A DNA stretch of 64,000 bases, taken from NCBI GenBank assembly GCA_964016885.1, contig OZ024742.1, positions 85,498,001-85,562,000 of the forward strand, in the 5' to 3' direction. Position numbers and translations under genes: made by a program. The notes under the pieces were generated by a model. The model was not told where the DNA came from. It saw only the letters and a program-made list of their open reading frames with translations, and did not search any database. This document shows positions 12,279-24,457 of this stretch, piece after piece. Each line of letters begins with the position of its first letter. Position 1 is the first letter of the stretch. This DNA is from Eledone cirrhosa. Its lineage: Eukaryota.

Positions 12279-14455
12279 TGTGTTGTCACAGGAGTCGATC
12301 GAGGTAGGGGTGGTTATTCTGCAGGGGTTCGTTTACTGTTGGCTTGGTGTGGTGGGGATGCCGTCCTTAGGGCTAGAGGCAAGTTCCCATCCTAATGTGT
12401 TGTTATTGTCCATATAGCTTGAGGAAGGTCCCGGCCCTGAGGTGTCTACATGTCTCGAAGAAGTCAGTCCCGAGGTTTAACAGGATGCTTCCACCTCTGA
12501 GTATCTCGAGGGTCTCACTCAGACATAGTTTGCAGAGGCCAGATCCTCCTTTATCAGGTGGTACTTTCCTGATATGGGACCAGGACAGAGGGTGCCCCTG
12601 ACCAGCTTGAGCTTCCATATTAGTTCGGAAACAGCCGTACTTTTCCTTTTGTCCTCCCCGTTAAATGAATGGCGATGGTTATACTATCGGTTTTTAAAGC
12701 TCGTTGATGTGGATCCTATGTAAAGGTGTTCAGAGTCGGGTGGTTTTACTCTATATGCGTATATTAATTTCTTTCTAAGGCATTCATTACTAAGGGGTCA
12801 TAATTTGGGGTTTCTGCAGTTGCAGGAGGTGGTCGACCTCCGCGCGCCTAGTGTGGGGTTCCCATTACTTATTATATGGTAGTCCTCCCCCGGGCCCGGT
12901 CGAGGTCCATGGGTATGTTTGGGTTTCCAGGGTGAGCACTGGGACCACACATTTTTCCCTCAACATGTTCTTTACGGCCGCTGAGTAGGCTGGATTGTAC
13001 CACGTGATTTTTCTGTGTCTACTCCTATGTCGGTGCGTTGTGCGTGCTATGGGGCTGTTGGGGAGTTGTTGGGTTGCTAGTGGTTCCCACATTGCTGCTT
13101 CCCCTTTGGGCGCTATGTGTTTTGCTAACATCCCGGCTCGTGTCTGTGGGGTGGTTGTTGCCAACGCTGGGAGCTCTACAATGGGATGGTCCTCCATCAG
13201 TCCCTCTTCGTGTCTTGCGGTTGGGGGCATCGAGCCCGGGGTGGTTAGTATCACCCCTGAGGCCGCTACTCGTATTGTGTTTCCTCCCATGGTTATGCGT
13301 ACACGTACCCCTCACATGGTGTTTAATTGTTTCCACTCTGCCTGTATTGTTAGTGCCCCCCCTCCCGGATACCGTGGGCCATCCCCAACAGGGCGCCTCG
13401 GATTATATGATATATGTTAGCCATGCGCGGCTTTATTTAGAGCTTCTTTGTAATATTCTGCGTTGCTATCGAAGATTTCCTTATTTGCGGACAGGCTGGA
13501 GATCCTGTCCGAGACACTCTTCACTACGGCCTTAATTGTAGATCTTGACTTGGCGTTAAAATATACCAGTCTCTCGTTGGGCTTGTAGGGGTAGTATTGT
13601 TCGGTCTTCAGGTTTAGGGTGGTGTCTAGGAAGTTAACTACCTTTCTATTTGGGTCTAGTTCGATACTGAGCCCCTTGTTCTTAAAGAAATCCCGAATAC
13701 GCATCTTCATTCTCTACACCATAATGGTGCTGTGCTCATAGACTGTGAAGAGAGCTTCGTCACGATACAATCCACCGCCCAGGCTAGGGATTTCTTCTTT
13801 TATCTGCTTCAGCAAGAAGAGCACAACCAGGTCCGTTACCTGTGCAGAGTCGCTGGAGCTCATCGTGATGTCAAAGTTATTTTGCCAATCATTCCTGGTC
13901 GAAAGGTCTCCACCGAAACGGATCAAGGTCATACGGGCGGCGTGGATGACGCCCACCTCCTCTCGGGTTAGGTCCGTATTGGACACCGCTAAAATAAGGG
14001 TCTTATTTAGTACTATGTGTGAGATTGAGGAGTAGTAGCCTGCGATATACAGTTGGATAACGCTGCTCCTTCTTTTCCCAGGTAGTATCTTAAACCATTC
14101 TATTAACTCTCCCGTGCATGACCATTGCTGTAATCTAGTTTTTTCCGAAGCTTGGGAAAATCCTATCTAGTATGCTTTTACTGACGATCCCTAGGTCTGA
14201 TCTGGAGGGGGCTATTAGTCTAACCGGGAGGTCGAACTCAAAGTTTGGCTTGTGAAGTGTAAGGGTAATCCGCGGCTTCCTTGGTTGGTATGGGGCCGTC
14301 TGTCCTCTATGCCGAGTCCGTATATAATCCTGTAAGCTGTGGCGTTGATCTCATCCAGGGTAAATCCAGGTATTTTTTGGTAGCATTTCCTCATTTCCCT
14401 AGAATTAGCTTATTATACAGTTCAATGTCCATGTTGTAGAGTTTGTTGGTTTTCA
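12279..14455 (-). mobile_element. Penelope-like element A1 (RT plus C-terminal GIY-YIG), decayed
   Basis: FDITMSSSDSAQVTDLV, GGLYRDE, VNFLDTTLNL, YFNAKS, KITWYNPAYS, CNC..., YIGST, CKLCLSE. Confidence 0.92.
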
Positions 14456-16375
14456 CCACCCAGAAGTCAGGAGTACCTCAGACACCTGGGAAATGCGATT
14501 ACAAAACGTTAAGAGACAACTGGAATACTTGTCCATGCCGATAAATCAAACTGGATATCGCAGGCTACTACACCTCATTCTCGCCCATAGTACTAAATAA
14601 GGCCCTTATTTTAGCAATGTCCAATACGGACCTAACCCGAGAGGAGGTAGGCCTCATCCATGTCGCCCGAAATACTTTGATCCGTTTTGGTGGAGACCTT
14701 TCGACCAGGAGTGATTGGCAAATAACTTTGACATCATGATGAGCTCCAGCGACTCCGCACAGGTAACGGACCTGGTTCGGCTCTTCCTGCTGAAGAAACT
14801 GGTATATATTAACGCCAAGTCAAACTACCCTAGATCCAAAATTAAGGCCGTAGTGAAGAGTGTCTCGGACAGGATCTCCAGCCTGTCCGCAGATAAGGAA
14901 ATATTCGATAGCAACGTAGAATATTACAACGCAGCTCAAAATAAACGGGGCATGGCCAAAATATATCATATAATACGGGGCGCCATGATGTGGATGGCCC
15001 ACCGGACACCCCGACCCATGGTATCCGGGAGAAGGGGAACCCTAACAATACAGGCAGTGTGGAAGCAATTAAACACCATAAGCCCGACACCACAACATTG
15101 GTGAGGGAGACGCGTACGCATAACCATGGGAGGAAACCCAATACGAGTAGGAGACTCGGGGGTTACACTAACCACCCCGGGCCTGATGCCCCCAACCGCA
15201 AGACATGAAGAGTGACTGATGGAGGACCATCCCATTGTAGAGCTCCCAGCGTGGGCTACAAACACCCCACAGATACGGGCCGGGAAGTTATCAAAACACA
15301 TAGCGCCCAAAGAGGAAGCAGCAATGAGGGAACCACTAGCAACCCAACAACTCCCCAACAGCCCTTGGCACGCTCAACCCACCCACATAGGAGTATACGC
15401 AGAAAAATCACGTGGTACAATCCACCCTACTCAGCGGCCGTAAAGAACAGCTGTCTCGCTCGTTCTTTAGAGCATTAGATAAATGCTTGCGAGGGACCAT
15501 AAATACCGCAAGATCTTCAACAGACACACCGTGAAGCTCTCGTATTCTACCACGCGAAATGTGTCCCAGCACTTAGCTAGCATCAATAGGGGTAGACTTA
15601 AAAACCACACACAGCCAGAAGCTGGGAATAAAAGCACACAGCAGACCCAGGGCCCCCCCACCGGGTCCGGGGAAGGACCACCATATAATACGTAACGGGA
15701 ACCCCACACTAGGCACGTGGAGGTTGACTACCTCCTGCAACTGCATAAAACACGAATTATGCCCCCTAGTAATGAATGCCTTAGGAAGAACTTAATATAC
15801 GCATGAGGAGTAAAACCCCCCAACTCTGAACACCTTTACATAGGAGCCACATCAACAAGCTGTAATGACCGATGGTATAACCATAGCCATTCCTTTAATA
15901 GGGAGGACAAAGGGAAAAGTACAGCTCTTTCCGAACTGATCTGGAAGATGAAGCTGGACAGGGGTACTCTCTGGCCTGGTCCCAAATCAGGAAAGTACCA
16001 CCTGATAAAGGGGGATCTGACATCTGCAAACTATGTCTGAGAGAGATACTCAAGATAATCAGAGGTGGAAGCAGCCTGATAAACGTCAGGACTGGCTTCT
16101 TCGGGACATGTATAAACCTCAGAGCCGGGACATTCCTCAAGCTATATGGACGGTAACACATATTGGGATGGGAACTTCCATCTAAGCTATAGGGACTTCT
16201 GCGGAACATGTAGACACCTCAGGGCCGGGACCTTCCGCGAGCTATATGGACAATAACAACACATTAGGATGGGACCTCCCTTCTAGCTATAAGAACAACA
16301 GTCCCACCACACCGAGCCCACGGTAAACCACCCCTGCACAATCACCTGCATCGATCGACTCTTGTGACAACACAG

Positions 16376-16751
16376 ATAAACATATATATCTTTACTTTCT
16401 TTATTTCAATAGAAAATCTGAACTCTGACACCCCAGCGAACTAACCATATTCACTGAACCAGAACAATTCTCCCATCCTATTTATCTTGACCATTATCTT
16501 TTGCTTGTCATAAAATTCTCTAAAAAGGCTACAGAATAAATTTCCAAATACGGGCGCGAAATTTTATGAAAACTTGTTCACGTGTCAGCCCTAATTTCAT
16601 TTATAACCAATCAAATTACGTTTATTTAAAAAAAGCCTTCGTGAGCCTCCTTTTTTTAAGTAAAAAGACATTCAAACACAAACACACACACACACAAACA
16701 CACACCCCCACACCCCCCCCCCCCACACACACATACACACATACACACACA

Positions 16752-16784
<33 letters not shown>

Positions 16785-17095
16785 GCACACATATAAACAT
16801 ACATATCTTTACTTTCTTTATTTCAATAGAAAATCTGAATTCTGACACCCCAGCGAACTAACCATATTCACTGGACAAGAACAATTCTCCCATCCCATTT
16901 CTCTTGACCATTATCTTTTGCTTGTCATAAAATTCTCTGAAAAGGCTACAGAATAAATTTCCAAATACGGGCCCGAATTTTAATGAAAACTTGTTCACGT
17001 GACAGTATTAATTTCCTTTATAACCAATCAAATTACGTTTATTAAAAAAAGGCTTCGTGAGCCCCTTTCTTTTAAGTAAAAAGAAATTCAAACAC
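16376..17095. repeat. Tandem duplication, period ~420 bp
   Basis: ataaacata..tctttactttctttatttcaatagaaaatctgaa.. starts at ~16376 and again at ~16793. Confidence 0.9.
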
Positions 17096-17309
17096 TCATA
17101 TATGAAAAAACAACATGAGCTCCCCCCGCCCCCTGTTTGAAGAACTTTGTAACTCGAACTGGCGCGAATTTTATTAAAATTATTGACCAACCAATCAAAC
17201 TACTTCTCTAAAAACCTGGGTTTCGGGTCACTTTTTTCCATATAAAACAAGTAACATTCAAAGACCAACCAGATGTGAGAAAAAACGAAGACCCTCCATC
17301 TCAACTCTA

Positions 17310-17345
17310 CTTTTGAAAAGCAGAACAGAGGCGAAACCGGTAAAG
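17310..17345 (+). ncRNA. Hammerhead-like motif, U3:A8 core variant
   Basis: ctt TTGAAAA GC-agaacagag-GC GAAA CCGG TA aag; palindromic stem III, short stems I and II. Confidence 0.5.
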
Positions 17346-17559
17346 GAACCAAATAAATATATATATTAAAAAAAAAATAAGACTCCAGTTGCATTTTCGA
17401 TTTCATCTTTTTTGCTTTATACTTTCACTCGTGTAGGACACCTCGGTTATTTTTCATTTTGTAAATAAAACCACACTTTGTAATATATATACATAAATAA
17501 GACTGTTATTGCACAAATCAGTATACACACCCCAACAAATACTCCGCGAATCAATCTGT

Positions 17560-18620
17560 GCCGACATCAAATTCGTCAAATGATACGCTGATCATCCATT
17601 CACCAAAACTCGGCTTGCTCGACCAGAACTTAATAGCCACCTAATGGGGTAAGCAGAATTTCTTAAACTCTAGCTGTTATAATATACATGTTCTATATAA
17701 TAAAACCAAAAATATTATTATCTGCAGTGACTATGACCCAATTACATAATAGTACGTGCTCCAACCTCTCCCGCATATTCGTGACCTTATACACTCAAAC
17801 TACCCAGTATGATGACCTGATTCCCGGAGAAGATTCCCGGGAATTCGAGTTTTCACAACATAACATGCGGACGAAATTAATAATCAAGAAATTATCCAAG
17901 CTATTAAAGAAATATGCGAAACAAATGCAACACAAATACCACAATACAAGAAGCCTAGTTCCTAAAACACAGCCTAAAACGAAAATAATGATAATGAAGA
18001 AAATACCCTATCTATTTCAGAAGTAATCATTCCATGATGAAAATCGAATAAGATACGTAAAGCAAAAGGACGCCAGTGGCATTTTTTCCATTCGGTAGAG
18101 TGTCAGATGCCATGCTTTGCAGCACAGAGTTACGGCCATTTACAGTCTGAGGTCAAATCCCACCGAGGTTAACTTTGCGTTTCATCCTTACGGGGTCGAT
18201 AAAATAAAGTACCAGTAATGCACTGGGATAATTGGTTGGCTTGTGCCAAAAATATAAACAATTATTTCCATAATATAAAACATAATAATACACAGGAATA
18301 TGATATATACACCGGAATACGAATCATAATTACGATTGAATAATATATGAGTAAATATACATTTGTAATATTTCAACCATGTAATCATGGATTTGCAAAA
18401 TAGATTCACAAAATCATGATTAACCTATCTTGATCGTTCGCAAGTATGCGACCATTCTTCAAGGCCAACGCAGAGAAAGTAAATACAAAGATTCCATTAG
18501 CTGATGCACTCCGGTCAATTATCGGTCAAACTAAAAGATAGACAAATGATTTAGAATTGTAATACCTCTAAACAATGCCAACTTGTCCTCAAGTGGGTCA
18601 CATCAGACAGAGTAGTGATC
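17560..18620 (+). mobile_element. Possible LINE ORF1 (gag-like) relic interrupted by a SINE
   Basis: Frameshifted KQC/TCPQVGHIRQSS zinc-knuckle-like motif near 18570-18615; A-rich coding-like sequence upstream. Confidence 0.35.
18090..18266 (+). mobile_element. tRNA-derived SINE
   Basis: Same B-box and core as the copies at 9371 and 62409. Confidence 0.88.
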
Positions 18621-19354
18621 TCCCTATAATTAATGTAAATTTCTACAAGTTCAATGTTAAATCCCACACCATTCTTCATAAAGTACTTAAAATCAAACAT
18701 ACGAATTTACATAGCAAATAAATACAAATTAAAATGAAAATAAATTAAATTCGAAGTCATACGCTTTCCAAATCAAACTAAAACTAACTCCCAAAACGTT
18801 CAGCAGCCTTTTTTAAATGGGCCATACTTCTCGTATTTTAATGTAAAGTTAATTTCAAAGTCCTCTGATTTGATCTGCAAACTATATATTCTTATACAAA
18901 AACTGCGTAATTTGAAAGTTGCAATTTCAGAAAGCCCTTATCTCCCATTCTCATTTTAGGAAGGCTTAAGCTTCGGATATGTGGATGATGCTTGAAATAA
19001 TGATTTGGGGAAGATGCCTTAGCTCTACATAGACATTTAGTTCAAGCTTGGCTCGGTTTTTACGAATGTAATATTTACGAGTTTGGAATTCGACTGTCTT
19101 GTCCAACCGATGCTTTGTTTAATGTTGGCTTCGTTTTCCAAGTTCGTTATTTACACATAGGGCATTCAATGACTGCTTGCGAGTTTTCTCTCTATATACA
19201 TAGTTTATAGTTTTATATATATATATATGATATGTATGTATGTGTGTGTGTGTGTATAAATATTTCGTATCTCCAAAGAGATACGGTTTTAGGAAGCGAA
19301 ATCTTATATATTTTCTATTATAAGTTGAGCCAACTTATGCAGTTGAGCCAATTA

Positions 19355-19396
<42 letters not shown>

Positions 19397-19509
19397 CAAG
19401 GCTGTTATTGGTCCAACCTGTCTATTTATCTTTAAATCTTTGGTAGCTCCCTTAACTATACATTCAACTATAACTTATTTATATAGGACACATATACCTG
19501 TGTATATAT

Positions 19510-19541
<32 letters not shown>

Positions 19542-19555
19542 GTATATATATGTTG

Positions 19556-19624
<69 letters not shown>

Positions 19625-19729
19625 GTATTTTTATATATATATGTTGTAATTATATATATATATATAATTATATACATATATATATGTATATTTATATAAA
19701 TATATATATATATATATAATTTCAAATCA

Positions 19730-22558
19730 TCAATAATGTAGTGATAATATATCGTCACGTTAGAGATGAACAGCGTGCGTGTAGGTTTGCTCAACGAGTA
19801 TAAATTATATTCCGGAGAAAATGTAGAAAAGATGAATATAAAATGAAAGTACTTTTATAAAGAAATGTATTAGGTATTGGCATATGTTTCTGTAACAGAC
19901 GGAATACCTATGTATCGCTGCTTGCGTAATCATATAATGTTAGCAAGTATTCGATAGCAAATCAGAAAAATCAAAGTATTTATATTAGTTGTAAGAAATG
20001 AAGAAGAGAAGGGATAGTAAATGACAGCTGGCAATTCAATTTGCTGGTAAACAAGTATATAGAAAAGTTTTTAATGAGAATATAATGAGTATATTGCTTA
20101 TTTTATCTAAATAAGAATTTTTGGGAGTGCCTATTTTAATCTATATTTGACCAATTGAACAATGGACAGGACTGGATGTTTGGTGTAGTAGTATTAATAC
20201 ACATATATATAAAGTGTCAAGTAAGGAAGAGAGAAATTTTCACTGCTACTGTATAACAACAATGCTGGTATATGCATTAGGGAATTGAATTAAGAAATCT
20301 CATTTTATCTATAGCAGTTTATATTAAATGGTAAAGAATAGAATAGTTGATAGAATTAAGACTAATAGAGAATGTTAATATGTATTTTGACAATCAAACG
20401 GAGATGGAGACAGGCGTTCAATCCTGGTAGCGTTTGTAATATGAAAATGTAGATTTCAAACGATGGTTACAGTATAACGATCGCTCTATTCTGTTATTTA
20501 ATAAAATATTTTTGGATTTCATAATACAAAATATTTCCATATTACACAATTTACCAAATTCCTGTCCTTGGATTATGCTATTATTTCCCATTTTAGGCTA
20601 AATTGTTGGTTATTTTGGCGCAGCTGCCAAGCCTTGTCTGCGAGTGTTGTTACATAACGCTGGTTTTCATGTTTTATCGAGTAACGATGTCTATAAAGGC
20701 GAGATTTGAAGGAGGTAACTGTATACTTCACATAGTACCACTTCTGTCTACACGATTCGATAGTACATTTGTATATGATGTTGCGTTCAAGACAATGATT
20801 GTTCAACGGACACATTCCCGGTTGGACACAGTTACAGTTATAATTATGCGTTGTTGTATTACCATGAATGGGTTGATGAGGTTGCTTAGGCATGACGGGA
20901 TGTTGTTTGTTGTTTTGTGATGTTATAGCCGATGTTTTACGTGTATTGTTATGTGCTGGAAAGCGTTTATTCAACCGTTTTGCGTTAAGCTTTTTTATAT
21001 GTTGTTCAATATTAGGGGCGGTTGAATATGAAAGTCGAATAGTGTTAGGGTTTAAGATTGTATTATACTTATGTGATGTTGGAAAATGTTTTTTAACTAA
21101 TCGAAAGAATTGTGAGGGTAGATTGGTTTTAATAGAGTTGTTATAGACCAGGTTGTACCATATATACTCTTTACATCGCCTTCTGTTTGGTGGTGTGCGA
21201 CTATTTGTGTGTCTATTGCGGTAGTGTATGTATGTTGGTGATTGTATGCTATTTCTACCTCTTTGAAAATTATTTTGGGTGTTTTGGTGATCGTCGACTA
21301 TATACTCCATATTATCTAGGTGTCCAGCCTTCCTAAGTGCATGATCATAATATTCGGCATGTTCTTTGAAGGTTTGCTGGTTGGACGACAGGCGGGAGAT
21401 TCTAAGGGAAATATTTCTAGGGAGGGATTTAATTATAGAGGGTGGATGGTTAGAAGCCGCATTTACATATTTAAGGTTCTCATTTAGTTTATGTAACGGT
21501 TTAATCGTTTCTGTATTGAGCTTCAACGTAACATCAAGGAAATTAACCTCTTTGATATTATATTCAAACGTAATATTTAATCCTAGTTCCTTTCTAATAT
21601 TTTTACGCATCCTTTCTAAATTGTGGTTATTCATATGCTTAACTAATAGGAGCGCATCGTCACGGTAGAGTCCACCGTGGACATCCTTGAATTTTCCTTG
21701 TAGTCTGTGGGTGATATAAATACCCACAAGATCAGTTACTTCCGCCGAATCATTGGAACCCATAGTTATATCAAAATTAGAAGGTCTATCTTTGCCGACC
21801 TGTAGCTATCATCAAATATAACAATAGTTTTCCTCGCTTCCATAATAATACTAATTTCATTATCCGAAAGGTCGGAGTTAGCCTTAGCGAACGAAAGGGC
21901 TTCATGCATAGTATCAGTGAGATTGAAGAATAATGCTCATCAATATCGAACTGAATAAATTTTGATTTCTTCTTATCAGTAATGCTATTAAACCATTTTA
22001 TTGCCTCATGGGTGTTACGGAATAGTTTAATATCTACTTTAGCCTTAACTTGGGGGATAATTCTGTCTAATACATATTTGTTAATTTTGCCTGTATCAGA
22101 TTGAGAGGGCCATATAAGTATAATGTTAGGGTCAGTATCGAAGTTTACCTTATGGTCCTTCGGGTTGAAGGATGGTGTAGCTGGTGTTAAGGGTTGCCTT
22201 CTATCGTCAATACAAAGTTTTAAACAATTTCACATACCGAGTTGTTGATGTTTCTAGGTGTAGCTTCATTAGTTTTCTTGTATTTTTTATTATGCAATTC
22301 CTTACGGATGAAGTTATTGTAAGTATCCACATCCATGGTATGTACGTTTGTTGTTTTCTCTGCTGTAACAATAATTCCATTGGCGTTTTTTAGATTATTG
22401 AGCAGTGCCGTGATGCCATTCTGTAGTTTATTGTTTTTCCGTTTTGTAAATTTGATCTCCATAATCGTATCCATCAGGTTCTGTTAAAATGCGTCCAAAA
22501 GTGGATTTGAGGGTGGGTTTTTGTTAGATTTAAATCCAAATTTATCCTTGTTAAGATC
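19730..22558 (-). mobile_element. Penelope-like element B, 5'-truncated
   Basis: ORF 20573-21763 with MGSNDSAEVTDLVG, GGLYRDD, IWYN, CNCVQPGMCPL and IIYKC..YYV; upstream FGFKSNKNPP and FIQFDI; pLTR homologous to that of element E. Confidence 0.93.
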
Positions 22559-22559
22559 C

Positions 22560-23705
22560 GATGTTTGTCAAATAAGATTCAATGCGATATAAGATTCAAT
22601 GCGATAAATGTAACAAGTTTTCCATAGGTAGCACCATCCGACCCCTACATGTTCGTATCAAGGAACATATCAACACCAACGCATCTTCCTTCCGTAAACA
22701 CATCCTTAAATGCGGAAACCCACAGGGTAGACCCTTGGTCACAATCCTAGCGACTGAACGCAGCATCGGATCCTTAAGGATAAAGGAAGTACTTGTTATC
22801 AAGAACCTCAGAGCCCCACTTAACAACCGGGCTGAGAGAAATGAGCTGACATGGCTAATTTAACCATAGTGACCATTCACAGCCCTTACGGCCTGCTATT
22901 TTCACACACACGCACGTATATGCATACCCATACGCATACACACACACACATCTATATTTATACACGCACACATGTTTTTACAACCTACCACCTTTCACAC
23001 CCTTTGATTTCCAGCTTCTACAGCCCACTATCTTTCACACACACACGCACTCACACATATACACACTTACACATATACACACACAGTTACACACACATAT
23101 ATACCCATACGCATACACACACCCATCTATATTTATACACGCACACATGTTTTACAACCTACCACCTTTCACACCCTTTGTTTTCCAGCTTCTACAGCCC
23201 ACTATCTTTCACACACACACACACTCACACATATACACACTTACACATATACACACACAGTTACACACACATATATATTTACACACACATATTTTACGGC
23301 TTTCACACGTTAGCGCACCCTCTTGATTTAACCTATTTGGTCAGTAGCTTTTGCCACAGCCTATCACGCGCACGCGCATTCTTTCCCTCATTTAAATTTT
23401 CTCCCCATAACGGCATTCCTGTTTTAACGACATCACAACTTTCTCCGGCTTAGCCTGTTCCCCCCTTTTTGGAACTTTTCCCCCGTTGATGGGCGTGAGC
23501 CCGAAATATTGGGATTAAATCTCCACTACGGTAACCCTTCTACCTTTGTTTTGTTTTCATCTTTGTCTCTCTCAACTTTCACTTTCTCCTATTTCTCCTA
23601 TCTATCATTCACTTCCTACCTCGAGATTTCCCTCTGCATTGTTGTGGCTTACTAAACTACGTATTTTACACATTTCACAATGCTTCAAGCAAACTTTAAC
23701 AACCT
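22560..23705 (+). mobile_element. 3' fragment of a different PLE family: GIY-YIG endonuclease, UTR and pLTR
   Basis: YKIQCDKCNKFSIGSTIRPLHVRIKEH..LRIKE..PLNNR (22582-22863); ~177 bp tandem duplication at 22924-23275; degenerate hammerhead ttgat GGGC-gtga-GCCC GAAA at 23486-23514. Confidence 0.85.
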
Positions 23706-23706
23706 C

Positions 23707-23753
<47 letters not shown>

Positions 23754-23797
23754 ATTCTATATATATATACATATATTTACAACATATATATATATAC

Positions 23798-23905
<108 letters not shown>

Positions 23906-23948
23906 GTGTGTGTGTGTATACACACACACACACACGCTCACACACGCT

Positions 23949-23984
<36 letters not shown>

Positions 23985-24363
23985 CAACATATGTAGAATT
24001 TGTATTTAATTTGTTGGAAATTGGACAAACATTAATGCTTATAACTGATTTAGAGCAGTCAACATTGAATGGAGTAAATGTTCCAAGAAATTAAATAAAT
24101 GGTTGCCCTTGAAATATATATAATAAAATAAATATTGTTTTATAAATATAGTTTCCATTTATTTAACATCTTGGAATATATCTATATATAGATATATACA
24201 TACATATATAGTTGAACATAGAGAAGAATGACTTCATTGGTGACCATTCTCATTTTTCAAATACAAATATGCCTTACTGTACCACGGAATCTCATTCACG
24301 GTCCAATATATACATATATATACATATATAAATAAATAAATATATATATATATATAATATATA

Positions 24364-24454
<91 letters not shown>

Positions 24455-24457
<3 letters not shown>

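Larger units (their letters stand above)
14456..17495 (+). mobile_element. Penelope-like element A2, inverted head-to-head partner of A1, with 3' UTR/pLTR
   Basis: Homologous to A1 up to 16374; the catalytic RT core is deleted at ~14797; KITWYNPPYS, VKLSYSTT and GIY-YIG are present; hammerhead-like motif at 17310. Right boundary is approximate. Confidence 0.88.

Noticed and set aside
16376-23275. CRISPR-like or satellite array from tandem duplications
   Set aside because: Only two units each, no spacers, eukaryotic context.
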